64,000 nt of DNA from Eledone cirrhosa (GCA_964016885.1 OZ024743.1:116932001-116996000), one strand, 5' to 3'; numbered from the stretch's first letter, positions 23,186-37,394 are shown. Notes: generated from the letters alone by a model not told the origin. A program made the numbers and translations.

Positions 23186-23652
23186 ATAATACCAAACCTG
23201 AAAAAAAATATATATATACTGACTGGTGACTACATATTATCAACTGGTGCCCCAGCGTGGTCGCAGTCGAATGACCGAAACTAGTAAAAGAATAAAAGAG
23301 ATGAATCCCATAATTTCTTTTCTGTCTTGATTTCTTTTCTATCTGCCTGACTCTATTTCTTTTCTCTCTTGTCGTTCTCTATTCCTAGTGCAATGAATTA
23401 CGGAAATATCGCAACTTCTGTTATATCAATTACTGGCAGCGTTCTTTTGATTCCCATGTATCTTTTTGCCAAACTATAAGTCGCAAAATTTTGAAAGAGG
23501 ATTGGATTGCAAAAAAGCTCCCGCTCTCTACTGGTGGTGCGAGAAATTGACGCCGCCTCCTCCTTGCTAAACCAAATTTTCCATTCTTGATGATGAGCCC
23601 TTTTTTCACAAGCATATAAGTATACGTATAAACATTATATATATATATATGC

Positions 23653-23686
<34 letters not shown>

Positions 23687-24574
23687 GCATACATATACGC
23701 ATAGACAAATACATATGTATGTAAATATATGTGTATGTATAAATAATTCAAGCAAAATTACTCTAACTTGCTTAGTTGTTAATGTCTCTAACGGTGATGA
23801 TATTGGCCCAAGTAGCGGTTATATTATGATGCAGGAGTGGTTATCGTGGAAAGAGCTGTAGTTCTCTTAGTGGTGGCAATTTAGAGGTGTTTGTAATGGA
23901 AGTAAATGTTGTAGTTTCAGCGATTGATGTAGGGCAGGAATTTCCTCTACTTCTTCTTCTGCTGCTGCTGCATATGGATTCTGGTGGATATTGTTTCACT
24001 TAGGGGGAGAACGCAGCAGCGGGATAAATGCTGGGTCAAATAGTTTCAGATTTAAAGAATATATTTAAAAACTGGTGAGAGTGGTGGTGGTGGTGGTGGT
24101 GGTGGTGGTGGTGCTGATGGAGTGGAGAATTAATATATATGATAATATCATTGCCCCTACCTGTGGCTTTCCTTCTCCACATATAATCACCACCAATACT
24201 AACAACAACCCCTTCAACATTCAACACCAACACTATATACTATGTCACATATCACCACCGAAAGACCTTAATCGAAAATAAAATAACATAAATTTTAATA
24301 AAAACCGTGTAGGAGTGGGCTAAATAAAATAACAAAAATAGTAAGCAATCAAATAAAATTAAGGAAATATCGTCCCATCAGCTTAAGGAAAACATTTTCT
24401 GAAGCCAAAAAGTATAAAAGAAAAAAAAAACTCTTAGTCTTTTTTTGATGATTTTCATTTTGTTTTTAATATTCATTCAAACGTCAGAAACAAGGCCACC
24501 GACTCAACCTAATCTCACCAACCACTTTGAAGCCAAAAAATTTCGATACTCTACCTATTATTAATATTTCTGTT

Positions 24575-24968
24575 AGGGCGGTGGATTGGCAGTATCGGTA
24601 GCGGGTCGAACGCCATGCTTTGTAGCATAGAGTTACGACTCTTTATGATCTGAGTTCAAATCCCGCCGAGGTTAACTTTGCTTTTCATCCTTACTGGGTG
24701 GATAAAATAAAGTACCAGTCATGTACTGTAGTCGATTTAATCGACTTTCCCCTCTCCCAAAATTGCTGGCCTGGTGCCTATATAAGAACAATATCGGTAG
24801 AGAGCCGGACGCCATGCTTTGACGCATTGAATTACGGCCCTTGCCATCCTGAGTTCAAATCCCGCCGAGGTTAACTTTGCCTTTCATCCTTACGGAGGTC
24901 GATAAAATAAAGTACCAGTAATACACTGGCTAATAGCTGGCCTTGTGCCAAAAGTAGAAACAATTATT
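24575..24968 (+). mobile_element. Two tandem Nin-domain SINEs
   Basis: ggcggtggattggcagtatcggtag...gagttcaaatcccgccgaggttaactttgc.tttcatcctt...gataaaataaagtaccag occurs twice. Confidence 0.88.
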
Positions 24969-25149
24969 AATATTTCTATTAATATTGTTAATGTCTGTTT
25001 TGAGGTTGGCAGAAACTATCGCATGCTGCGTATCTCCGCCTTCTTCATTTAAAACCAAAGGCAAAAGAGTTAAAAGTTTACGCCGCATTTACATACGTTT
25101 TACTCTTTTATAAATACTCGTTAGCCTCCCACCAACATCGACGGATTTC

Positions 25150-25991
25150 ATGATTGTATGTATATATGTATGGTTGGATGTATGTATGGATGGATGGTTG
25201 GATGTATGTATGGATGTATGGATGGTTGGATGTATGTATGGATGGTTGGTTGGATGTATGTATGGATGTATGGATGGTTGGATGTATGTATGGATGTATG
25301 GTTGGATGTATGTATGGATGGATGGAGGTTGGATGTATGTATGGATGTATGGTTGGATGTATGTATGGATGGATGGTTGGATGTATGTATGGATGGATGG
25401 TTGGATGTATGTATGGATGGATGGGTGGGTGGATGGATGTATGTGTGTATGGATGTATGGATGGATGGATGGTTGGTTGGTTGGTTGGATGTATGTGTGT
25501 ATGTATGTATGTATGTATGTATGTATGGATGGTTGGTTGGTTGGATGTATGTGTGTATGCATGTATGTATGTATGTATGGATGGATGGATGCATGGATGG
25601 GTGGTTGGTTGGTTGGATGTATGTGTGTATGCATGTATGTATGTATGGATGGATGGATGGATGTATGGATGGGTGGTTGGTTGGTTGGATGTATGTGTGT
25701 ATGTATGTATGTATGGATGGATGGATGGGTGGATGTATGGATGGGTGGTTGGATGTAAGTATGGCTGTATGGATGGTTAAATGTATGTATATATGTATAT
25801 ATGTATGTATGTATATATGCATATATGTATGTATGTATATATGCATGTATGTATATATGTATATATGTATGTATATATGTATATATGTATGTATGTATAT
25901 ATGTATATATGTATGTATATATGTATATATGTATATATGTATATATGTTTGTATGTATGTATGTATGTATATATGTATGTATTTATGTATG

Positions 25992-26059
<68 letters not shown>

Positions 26060-26125
26060 ATGTGTGTATGTGTATCCGTGTATGCATGTATGTTTGTATG
26101 TATGTATGTTTGTATGCATGTATGT
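25150..26125. repeat. Compound (GGAT/GGTT/ATGT/AT)n microsatellite
   Basis: Directly visible. Confidence 0.95.
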
Positions 26126-26651
26126 CTGAATGTATACATATTTCAATGTGTATTTCGGGTGTCGGTGGTTGCGTATATGTTGTTTGATGTTAACTATTGG
26201 GTAAGTGGTAGTTCAAATTTTTTGTTCGCTTCCCTATTTGTCCAATCAGAACAGAGAATCGCTATTAATGATGTACTGATGGTTGATGGAAAATCCGGTT
26301 GGTTCTTTTAATTATTGTTGTTGTGTACCTCCAGCTCAGCGCTGATTAAGCGGACATCCGATCAAAGGATTTTCAGCCATATCCATCTCGTTTTTTTTAA
26401 TTTGTACCGACATAGAGTAGGCTAGACTCTATCATGTGTTCTTTAAGTGGGTAGGATATTGTGGTTCAAGGGTGATTTAGTGGCTCTCCCGCACATAGGC
26501 TCTCTATCATGATGACGTTTCATTGGTTAAAATATGGAATCCGAGGGAACTAGTAAAGATTATAACATTCCATGAAGCAATAATATAAAGAAAATTAAAG
26601 GTATGTTAGAGGCTGATCGAGTTGGGTATACAAAGCCACATTTAAATATTT

Positions 26652-26873
26652 TGTATGTATGTATATATGTATGTATGTATGTATATATGTATTCATGTAT
26701 GTATGTATGTATGTATGTATGTATGTATGTATGTATGTATGTATGTATGTATGTATGTATGTATGTATATATGTATTCATGTATGTATGTATGTATGTAT
26801 GTATGTATGTATGTATGTATGTATGTATGTATGTATGTATGCATGTATGTATGTATATATGTATGTATGTATG

Positions 26874-26904
<31 letters not shown>

Positions 26905-27350
26905 TCATGTATGTATGTATGTATGTATGTATGTATGTATGCATGTATGTATGTATGTATGTATGTATGTATGTATGTATGTATGTATGTATGTATGTAT
27001 ATATGTATGTATGTATGTATATATGTATTCATGTATGTATGTATGTATGTATGTATGTATGTATGTATGTATGCATGTATGTATGTATGTATGTATGTAT
27101 GTATGTATGTATGTATGCATGTATGTATGTATATATGTATGTATGTATGTATATATGTATTCATGTATGTATGTATGTATGTATGTATGTATGTATGTAT
27201 GTATGCATGTATGTATGTATGTATGTATGTATGCATGTATGTATGTATATATGTATGTATGTATGTATATATGTATTCATGTATGTATGTATGTATGTAT
27301 GTATGTATGTATGTATGTATGTATGTATGTATGTATGTATGTATGTATTC
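26652..27350. repeat. (ATGT)n microsatellite with higher-order variant pattern
   Basis: Recurring atatatgtat / attcatgtat / gcatgtat interruptions. Confidence 0.95.
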
Positions 27351-28110
27351 ACTCGTTCAGCGCTTCGGTAGGAGTTCTCCTACATGGATATAGAGTAGTG
27401 GCCGTACTCGAAAACGAGTTGGCAGCCACCATGTATGTATGTATGTATGTATGTATGTATGTATGTATGTATGTATGCATGTGTCAGGTCACCAGTTGGT
27501 GCTACTGGTAACATGTATCCCAGTACAACCTGTCTCATGGTCGGGTCGTTGGCGACTAAACTGGCAACCCCACCAAGGTTTCTTGGTGAGGAGGGTGACT
27601 TTGGACATCCTGCAGGACTAAAAACAAAACCTGTCAAAGGGCAAAGGAGCTCTTAAGAGTCAATGGCCATCCAAAATCACCGGGAGAGATGACCCCTTAG
27701 CCTTTGTCAAGGCAGAATTCTAGGAGAAGGAAAACTCTGATATAACACCTGCAACCTTGATGGTATCCAATGATGTTGACTTGTTCTTCTTTTTGGTAAA
27801 TATCATCTTGGTTAAGAGAGTGGGACTGGCTTTGTGCAGTGCCTTTGCTCACTATAAAAGCTTCACGGCACAGGCATTGCTTTATATCTGGAGATCTCTC
27901 TGCACTTGTCCTCACATGGTACCATGGGCCCAGCACTATGTGTCAATAATTGTCACAAGTGTAGTGTTTGTACCAGAGTTTTCAAGTCGCTAGCTGGACT
28001 AAAAAGTCACACTCATGCAGCGCTTCGGTAGGGGTTCTCCTACATGGATATAAAGTAGTGGCCGTACTCGAAAACGAGTTGGCAGCCACCATGTATGCAT
28101 GTATGTATGT
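27350..28110 (+). mobile_element. RTE-like LINE derivative: 5'UTR-like part joined to a C-terminal C2H2 finger and 3' end with (ATGT) tail; 3' end duplicated upstream
   Basis: HKCSVCTRVFKSLAGLKSH near 27954-28012; ~80-bp 3' end at 27351-27432 and 28011-28092, each followed by (ATGT)n; the 27550-27673 segment recurs inverted at 58640-58757. Confidence 0.6.
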
Positions 28111-28281
28111 ATGTATGTATGCTTTTATGTATGTATGTATATATATATGCTTTTATGTATGTATGTATATATGTATCGTCAATATAGTTGCTAATGGTTT
28201 ACTGTGTTGGCCGTCACATATATTCATAGTCGACACGGACTGGAATCGAATTCTGTCGATCGATTGGTTATTGATTAGGTG

Positions 28282-28397
28282 AAACCCGGTGATGAAGCCA
28301 CATGCGCTGATTGTGCATTGTTGAATAATAAAGGCAGACAGTAGATGCTGTGCACTCTATTGCAGCATTAAGTGTGGCCGAAACTCGAGTACGTGTA
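28282..28397 (+). ncRNA. Hammerhead, second (mutated) copy of the 7914 family
   Basis: cccg-GTGATGA-agccaca...tgtggcc-GAAAC-tcga-GTA; lies within a repeat homologous to ~7860-8172. Confidence 0.6.
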
Positions 28398-28552
28398 AAG
28401 ATTGAAGGTACCCATTCATATGCGTTGTATTAAAGCGAATAACTATGTATCTAATCTGGGAGTTTATTTAACATTACCTATTGAGCACGCTGAGATGCAA
28501 CCGGTCCTAGCAGTGAAACCCATGCTATATCCGTCAACTTATAATATGTATA

Positions 28553-28610
<58 letters not shown>

Positions 28611-28613
<3 letters not shown>

Positions 28614-28817
28614 CGAAGGAAATGTGGTAAGGAACCAGGTGGACCATAACGCACCAAAGTACTCAATACTTGGGGTAGTAGAGTGGGTAATAGGAACCAG
28701 TAAGACCCCGACGGCTGAGCTCAAGCCGTTTCGACGGCTAATTCTGGACTCAATTTTAGTCCAGAATTAGCCGTCGAAACGGCTTGAGCTCAGCCGTCGG
28801 GGTCTTACTGGTTCCTA
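28611..28817. mobile_element. Short fold-back PLE pLTR remnant in (TA)n (same family as 43177 and 45203)
   Basis: Arms 28691-28750 / 28758-28817 plus an 80-bp tail at 28611-28690; contains the 3' half of a hammerhead (GAAACggcttgagctcagccGTC). Confidence 0.8.
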
Positions 28818-28930
28818 TATATATATATATGTATGTATGTATGTAAAAGGTAAACAGAAATAACAACACAATCGGTACAGCATATGGAAGGGATATATTA
28901 GGGTTAACGCTTGATATAGCAGGAAGAGGG

Positions 28931-28966
28931 TCTTAACGTTTCGGACGCTAGTCCTTCATCAGAAGA
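28931..28966 (-). ncRNA. Minimal type I hammerhead ribozyme
   Basis: Minus strand tctt-CTGATGA-a-ggac(tagc)gtcc-GAAA-CGTT-aaga. Confidence 0.75.
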
Positions 28967-29069
28967 AAGAATGAGAAATAAGATAGATTGAGGGGACGGG
29001 CGGGCTGGAATTGGAAAACATGTCTTTACATAAAAATAACAGGTCCATTCATGTTGACATCTCTTGATA

Positions 29070-29932
29070 CGAGGTGTGTCAGAACGTAATAGGACTTTGT
29101 GTGCTATGTGAGCTATGAGTGGAGAAGGGACTAGCTGGTTGAGTCACCGCATGACGTAATATCCGGGTAGTATATAACTGCTATCTCAGCTCTCTACAGT
29201 CATTGTATATTTTTTAAGAGCTCCCCAATTTAAGGCTGTCGAGAGATGAGCACAGACCAACGAACCAACATATTCTGCTCTGGCTGGGTAAATTTTCAAC
29301 ATATTCTGTTCTGACTGGGGAAATTTCCGTCAGAACCATTCGGAATACTGCAAGTGTACGGACACGAGATGATATCGCGCTCGCTGGTTTTTGTGTGTGA
29401 CAAAAGGTTCAAAGAGCAACGTGAGGACATGGAAGACGACCCCAGGAACGTAAAACCTTCAACAAATACGACTGAGGCCATCGTTGATCCCATGAGGCAG
29501 ATGGTACATGATAATCGTCGGCTGACTCTGCAACTGGTTGCAAATGAGCTAGGCATGAACTTCGACGGTGTTTGAATGATTATCATCGAAGATTTAAGCA
29601 TGAGGAAGATAGCACCGAAGCTGTTGAACGAAGACCAGAAGGAATGGCACATACAGGTGTATCATGACTTCCTCTAGTGACTTGAAATGGAACAAAATAT
29701 TTTCTTTCCTCTGAGCTCAATGGGGTCATCAAGGGAACCCGTTGAAGCCCTGAAAATGGCCATAACGACGGAGCTGCGATATAATCTTTTCAGGAGTGTA
29801 TGGAAGCGTGGCGGAGATGGATAGGAAAGTACGTTAGACTAGAGATGAAGGGGGATTATTCCGAAGGGGAAAACCTCTAGTTTGTATTTTATTTTTGCGA
29901 CACCAGTACTGTTTCTTTTCTGACACACCTCG
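29070..29932 (+). mobile_element. Internally deleted mariner element with TIRs and TA target duplication
   Basis: TA|cgaggtgtgtcagaa...ttctgacacacctcg|TA; transposase N-terminal fragment VYGHEMISRSLVF..KRFKE.REDMEDDPR...DNRRLTLQLVANELGM. Confidence 0.88.
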
Positions 29933-32601
29933 TACGTAAGTATGTATGTATGTACGTACGTATGTACCTGCCTCTTTATCAATCTATTTCCTTCTCTCTC
30001 TCTATATATATATGTTCCTGTAGCGCTTGATGATGTTATAGGGGCGCCGTATTTACGTATACCGTTTCTTGGGCATTTTAATCGGGAGAATTATCATGTG
30101 ATTAGCGGTCAACAAATTATTTTACTTATTCCTTCATTGAGAAAAACTGGTATTGGTTGGACTCTCTCATATGAATGTCTATACTTGTGTATACATATAT
30201 ACATCTTCAATTAATTTGTTATTTACTACTTTGCAGTAGAGTATATAATTTGGCTGAATCGGACTGTTTCTTCTCGCAGCCCCGTTACTTGCCACTGTCC
30301 ACCTACCACTGCCCTTTTGTTGACCGATAATCACGTGATAATTCTTCCATTCCATATTATCGTTAGTAGTGGATAACTCGGAAATAATTTTCTTTGTTGA
30401 GAAGTTACCTGAAGAGCTGAGACTTCTCGCAGTGCTCAAAAACTGCTATTACTCAAAGAAACTGCAATCGGGTCATTAAAGTAAATAGGTAAATATATTT
30501 TCTGATCTTGTTTACATTTCCCAAATATACTTATATATATATATGTATATATATGTAGGAGGTGAGTTTTATATGTACACATATATATATATATAAATGG
30601 TTTTCTTACTACAAGAATCCGGCCGAACAGTTGAAAACGATTTATCAATGTATATTGATAAATTCAATCTACAGAGAATATATATATCCTATGGGATGGG
30701 AGCTCCAGCCTGATCATATTCTAATGACTCATTGAACAAATGAAAGAATTAATGTGCATAAAAAAAACTTACTTTAATAATTAGCTCAATGGGAATTGAT
30801 TGATTTTCTTTCTTTTTGATGTATTTAAATACCAATGTGTAGACCTCAAAATAATTTGAAATTATGTTCTTGCCTTGTAACGAATTCTTAGCTGTTGAAA
30901 TCAAATCAAAATTGGAAAAATTTGTAATATCGAAAACATTCACTTTTATATATCCATCAAAGTTTTTTTCTTTCTCAATTATCAACCTCTGACATTTTCT
31001 CCAGTAAACATTTTTTTATTTCTTATGTTCTACAAAACAACTAAAACTAAAATCATTTCTATTTCAGTTGTCTAATTTCAGCGCATGAATGTGTATATGC
31101 TACTGTGTGTATGATTGTCATTCTTTTAATTTGAAGTCTAAGAAGATTTGTATATAATACCAAAATATATAATCCATTTGAATCGAGAACCTATAATCGT
31201 AAGCAATATAAAACAAACCAACAGATATACTTTTCTGTATATTACATTAAGGACAATTGTATTAAAATACAAATATGTCTACTCATCTAGCAACTTGCTC
31301 TCTACCTTTCGGCAACGAGTTAATCGACCAGAAATAGCACCAAATCCCTCTTGTACTATACTCCGCCGCCTTAAAAATAAGAAACTGTAAGTACTGACGT
31401 TCTTGACACAATATATCTGAAAATAGATGGAATAGTCACAACTGGAACGAAACTCGTCATAGGTCTGTATGACCAGGGCTAGCGTGAAACTAATCAACAT
31501 CAACACTTTAACATGTTTACTACTGAAATAACAAATAAACTATATTGAAATAAGTAATGATTATCTTCCGTAATATAGTTATATTATATACCACAATTTA
31601 TCTGAGAAACTTCGAGATATAACTTCGAGAATTATTTGTAGTCTGAGGCGAAGAATTCAATGAATTTGTTAAAGCGTCGGAAATTGCGTTTCCTATCATT
31701 AACATTTTCGTAGCGATAAATGGTCCCATGATAGCAGGTTGTCCATTCGATGATCACGTTGCAACTCTCCATCAAATATCACGATCAAGCCCTTCATGAA
31801 CAGGCAGATTAATATATTAATCCATTATGTGAAAGACAGATATGGTGACAAGGTAAAGAAGACGGAAATACTACATTATTCCTCTTGGAAAACTAAATTT
31901 AGAATAGGGCCGAGATGCCCTTTGATCATGCTGTTGTCTTGAGCACACATCCATAAAACAACTCTACAAACCTTCCGATTTCTTCTGATTCCTTCAAGAT
32001 TCTTGGCAGGATAGGCTTTCACAGTCATACAGTCAATTGATGCAAAATCTCATTCGGACAAAAGAAGGTTATACACACACTTAAAAAGACGGGTGTGTCA
32101 CAGTTGAAATGTCTTTCATCTGGTTTGCCCAGTCATGATTTACCAAGGGCTAAATAACAACAGCAGCAGCAACAACAACATCAACGACGACGACAACAAC
32201 AAAAACAACAGTAGTAACAACAACAAAAATGATACCACCACCACTACCACCACCACGTCAAGTATCAACAACTTGGTCTTGCGCGCTCCCCACCCAGACT
32301 CACAAACACTTTTCTAAAATTCAAAGTAGGATTCTTCACTGTTGGGAGTTTATTTCATTGTTAGCCACTAACTCCTTCATAGGAATGATACAAATAATTA
32401 AACATACACAAACACGTGTAGACAGATACATACCATATTATGGGTCACGGCTTCTTTTCAATATGTGGTGAGTTGTTTTTTAATATAATGGACGAAAACG
32501 GCGGGATGTGTAGTTATTTGTCACTGTTCACAAAATTAATCATACTAGACTGATCAAATCATAACTGGAGCGTAAAACCAGTTAGTCAACGACAAACATA
32601 A

Positions 32602-32681
<80 letters not shown>

Positions 32682-32750
32682 GTGATATATGTAGTTGAGT
32701 ATAAGTATGTATACATATATATATATATATATACAAACAAATTATAAACG

Positions 32751-32796
<46 letters not shown>

Positions 32797-33309
32797 CTTA
32801 TACTCAACTACATATATCATATATATATATATATTATATATATATATATATATACATATGTATATATATAATATATATATATATATGATATTTGTAGTTG
32901 AGTATAAGTATTTATATATATATATGCATATATATTTCCAATCTTTTGATTAGCGAAACCGTCGGTCATGGCACTAGAAGAGGTAAATATTTAAATCGTA
33001 TTTTAATTTATTTAAAAGATTGTTTAATGTTTACTTGTTCCGCTCATATATATATATAGACTTGGCTGCACACACGGGAGAAGCAAAACTCAATGCATGT
33101 GTAGAGTGACAAGTCTAGGCCTTTAAATCACGGATGTAGCTTTGTGGCAATAACGCATGTACGTATGAATGTATGTATGTGTCTATGAATGTATGTATGT
33201 ATGTATGTATGTATGTATGTATGTATGTATGTATGTGTGTATGAATGTATATATGTATGTGTGTATGAATGTATACATGTATGTGTGTGTGTATCTATGT
33301 ATGTTTGTA

Positions 33310-34471
33310 TGGTGGGTCAACCAAAGACCGAGGAAAATGGGCGACTGGCACATCGAATGTGCTTAGGCGCTCACAGTCCTCTGGCAAACGGACCCGGCGA
33401 TCAGTGGAGACTCCACTTTGACATTCTATAGAGGATTGGTCCGCAGCAAGTGCGACGACACGCTCGGAGAAACTCTAGGCGTAGAGTAGGACGAACTGGC
33501 CATTCTGTTCGGTAGGACCTTCCACCCGGGACCAATGGACAACTTCCAAAAGTCCCTGGCTTGGCAGTGCTACTGAGGAGCTCTACCAGTTCGAGACAAG
33601 CTCTACAGACACGGGCGCCCGGGTAGGGACCCTTCGAAAAAGATCTGTCCGAGATGCGTGCGCGACGAGGAAACCGTCGCACACGCATTTGTACACTGCC
33701 CGGGCGTTACCGACCTGTGGGGCTAAGTAGAACGACTATTGTCGCGGGTGGGACCAATCCAGTTGACCACCGGGTCCATTGTCATGATTAAACCGCCACC
33801 CTCCTTCAAAAATGAGGGAGAGGCGGTTTTCCTATGTGTTTTGGCTATAGTGAAAGAGGTTAAAAGGGCTGAGGTCAGAGACCTTTCTCTCCGGCGAGCA
33901 ACTGATTCGTTTTTTCAAATATCATTTTGGAAGAAGAATCAGGATGGAGAGAGAGGTGCTATACCCCAGGAAATTTTATAAAAGGTGGGTGAATGTGGCA
34001 AAGATGGCCCGAGTGGTTGTGCCTTCTTTTTATATAAGCCTGTAGGTTGAGGAAAAAGAGGAAGAGAGGAAGGGAGTACTCACTCTTGGTGCTCCTGGAG
34101 ATGAGGATTGTACATTTTTTCGGGGTGTGTACAACCCCTGTGTAACACCTCCCCCTATTGGGGATTTCAATTGTTATTTGTTATTATATTAATAGTTTTA
34201 TTTTCATATACTTGTATGTAAACTCCCCATTTGTATATGTTTCCTTCTTTGGTGCCCCTGTGGCTAATAAAGAAATTTATCTATGTTTTATTTTTTCGGG
34301 TGTGTACAACCCATGTGTAACGCCTCCCTCCTATTGGGGATTTCAATTGTTATTAGTTATTTATTTACTAGTTCTACTTTTATACGCTTGTATGTAAACT
34401 CCCCACTTTGTATTTGTTTTTGTCCCCATATTTTGTGCCCCTGTGGCAAATAATGAAATATATCTATGTTT
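33310..34471 (+). mobile_element. 3' fragment of a Tx1/L1-like LINE with a tandemly duplicated 3' UTR
   Basis: AVFLCVLAIVKEV and FFKYHFGRRIRMERE...KRWVNVAKM fragments; ~176-bp units at 34114-34289 and 34290-34471, each ending in an AATAAA-like signal. Confidence 0.6.
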
Positions 34472-35006
34472 TGTCACTTATAATTTCGAAGTTAATTTTT
34501 TGACCGACCATCATTTCGGTGGAAATGGAGTACAAAAGAAAATTGCTACCCTCCCTTGTACAATCATATGTATGTCTCTCGGAATCTGAAGCTTCCAGAT
34601 ATAGTATTGGTAGCTTATAAATCAAGAATGCAATTTCAGTCATACTTTGTTTCTGGCACGCTCCTCCAATAATAATAGGTGTGAAACTGAACGTGTATTT
34701 TGGTTGATGACACAGAAACTCTTCATCAATGGTCCGTAAATATCCTCTTCTTTGGTTCGTCCACAGATTTGATGTGATTTTGTTGGGTTTACACTGGTCT
34801 GAGGATTAGGCAGATTTATAGTCTGGTCTGGAGTGCTAGCCCAGAGCACGAGCCAGCTGCTTGAGAAACATTTGTAACCAGGATTGAGAAATAACTATCC
34901 TATGTAACACCTCCACTTCGTTCTTCTAATATACACTCTGCTCTGCATCTAGTACTGAGCTAGGTACTCCCACCAGTTTTCTTCCGACTTACTGAAACCT
35001 CTGCAC

Positions 35007-35046
<40 letters not shown>

Positions 35047-35052
<6 letters not shown>

Positions 35053-35797
35053 AGTAACTTTAAATGAAGAGTCTTGCTTTAGAACGCAATGGACTTCCTG
35101 GTCTAGGAACAGAACCCAAAATCTTATAATCAAGGGATTAACGTATATATTCGTGTCAGGTCAGTCTTCAGCGCTACTGGTAACATGTAATCCTGTAGGA
35201 TGAAAAACAAAATCTGACAAAGAGCGTAGGAACTCAGGAGAGTCAACGGCCATCCAATAATTACATATATGATGGTTGCAATTCGATTTCGAGCAATGCC
35301 ATCGCTTGATACTTAAGCATAAGCATCACAGAGGTTGCTTTTTATTCCAGCTAGGGACTTGCCTATGCATCGCAAAAAATCTCACATATCAATCAATGCC
35401 TATGCTTGAAGCCTTTTTAAGTGAGCAAAGGCTTTGCACGGGGCCAATCCCAATCTCTGAACATCAAATGCATGTGCCCCAAATGAAGAACTGGTCTACA
35501 TCACTAGATTCCACTGAAGTCGCTGGTTTTATATCAGAGAGATCTTCTCCTTTAGGAGTATCACGCTCCACGAAAAAAAAAAATATTGGATGGTCGTTGA
35601 CTCTCCTGAGTTACTCCGCCATTGTGACAGGTTTTGTTTTTCATCCTGCAGGATTACATGTTACCAGTAGCATTGAAGAGAGACTTGACATAAATATATA
35701 CGTTAAGCCCTTGATTATAAGGTTTTGGTTTCTGTTCCTGGACCAGGAAGTCCACTGCGTTCTAAAGCAAGACTCTTCATTTCAAGTTACTTTTCAT
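35047..35797. repeat. Diverged inverted repeat, ~210-bp arms around a ~325-bp spacer
   Basis: 35047-35258 vs 35583-35797 are reverse-complementary; the arms include part of the 27480-27673 repeat. Confidence 0.8.
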
Positions 35798-36057
35798 AAT
35801 AGAAGTGGGTGCCTATTATTAATATATCTGTGAAGGCCCATATATATGGGTGTGAGGTGTAAATTAGATTTCAATTTTTTTACATACTTTTAGTTTCATG
35901 TGTAAACAAATACCACTAACTCGATCATAACCTTAGTAATTTGTTTTTGAAAGTCTGGTACTGATTTTTCCTATTTCCATTTGCATAGCCGACATAAACA
36001 AACAGTAAATGTAATCACAGACAGACACACATGCATATATATATATATATATATTTA

Positions 36058-36247
36058 TATAACAACTAGAAATTGATTAACATATAAATAAACATATGAA
36101 ACAATCACAGGGGATAATTTTTACAAGTGTGCAAGCACACATAGCTAGGTAGATAAGTAGCTATGTCTGCTTGCACACTTGTAAAAATTATTCCCTGTGA
36201 TTGTTTTATATGTTTATTTATATGTTAATCAATTTCTAGTTGTTATA
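36058..36247. repeat. Near-perfect hairpin (~90-bp arms) next to (TA)n; single-arm relative at 18893-18965
   Basis: taacaactagaaattg...cacatagcta / tagctatgtc...caatttctagttgtta. Confidence 0.85.
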
Positions 36248-36499
36248 AAATGCTCGGACCTATTCATTAGAATCTTGGAGCTTATTTTACGGGTGATATG
36301 GTGCATGCCTTTCTGGCATGACACCCATAATTTTGATTTAGATTAAATTCACTTTGATTTATCTTAATTTTGGATATAGATATATATATATATACATATA
36401 TGAAAGGTAAACTCTGTTTCGACGCTTCAAAGGCTGAGCGTAAGAGCTATAAACTGAAGGGCTCCCTAATCACAATCAAAGTAACTATAAAAGGTTTAT

Positions 36500-37090
36500 T
36501 TGATAGGTTTAGGGTAAGGCTTAGTGTTATACCTAGGGCTAGGGTTACGTTTACGGTTATGATTAGTGTTAGCGTTAGGTTTTATGGTTGGGGATGGGGT
36601 TTGGGTAAGCGTTTGGTTGATTGTTAGATTTCGGTTTAGGTTTAGTGTTATATTTAAATTTCGTGTTAGAGTTAATCGTAAGGTTATTTTTATTGTAAAG
36701 GTAAGGTTTAGCGTTCGCGTTAAGGTAATTTTTAGAGTTGAGTTTCTGTTAATGCTAGGTTTAGGGTGAATTTACGGTTAAGGTTATCTTTAGGCTTCGG
36801 CCTTATCATGAGTGTTAAGGTTATACTTAGTGATAGGCTCAGCGTAACGGTTTAGGTGAGGGTTAGGTTTAATATTAATTAGGATTAATATTAGAGTTAA
36901 TGTTAGAAGTTAAAGTTAGAATTATGTTATGGTCTTTGTTTCAGTCTGGTTTAGGGTTAAGTTCTAGGGTTTGTGCTAGGGCTTAACGTTAAGTACTAGT
37001 TTTAAAGTTAGCTATCAGGGTTTCTGTCAGGGTTAGGATTAGTGTTAAGGTTAGGTTTAATATTAGACTCGTGTTTACGGTTAGGATTGA
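36500..37090 (+). repeat. Degenerate TTAGGG-like 6-mer tract
   Basis: Repeated ttaggg / ttaggt / ttaagg / ttacgg variants. Confidence 0.7.
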
Positions 37091-37308
37091 GAAAAATAAG
37101 TCCACGAAAATTAAGAAGCATATACAAAAACACACAGTCATACAACATATGTGTGACGAAAGAACTTTTAAGAACTAATTAATAATATATCTGAAGTGAA
37201 AATCAAATAGTGCGTGTCATTTTATTGTCGATATTGGCAAAATGGTCATATCCAAATATATCTGTATCTGCTTCAACACAAGATTTCACGTCAATAATCT
37301 TGCAAAAC

Positions 37309-37394
<86 letters not shown>

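Noticed and set aside
35276-35833. 185-aa ORF
   Set aside because: Non-ATG start, runs across an inverted-repeat arm and repeat fragments, and has no recognisable domain.
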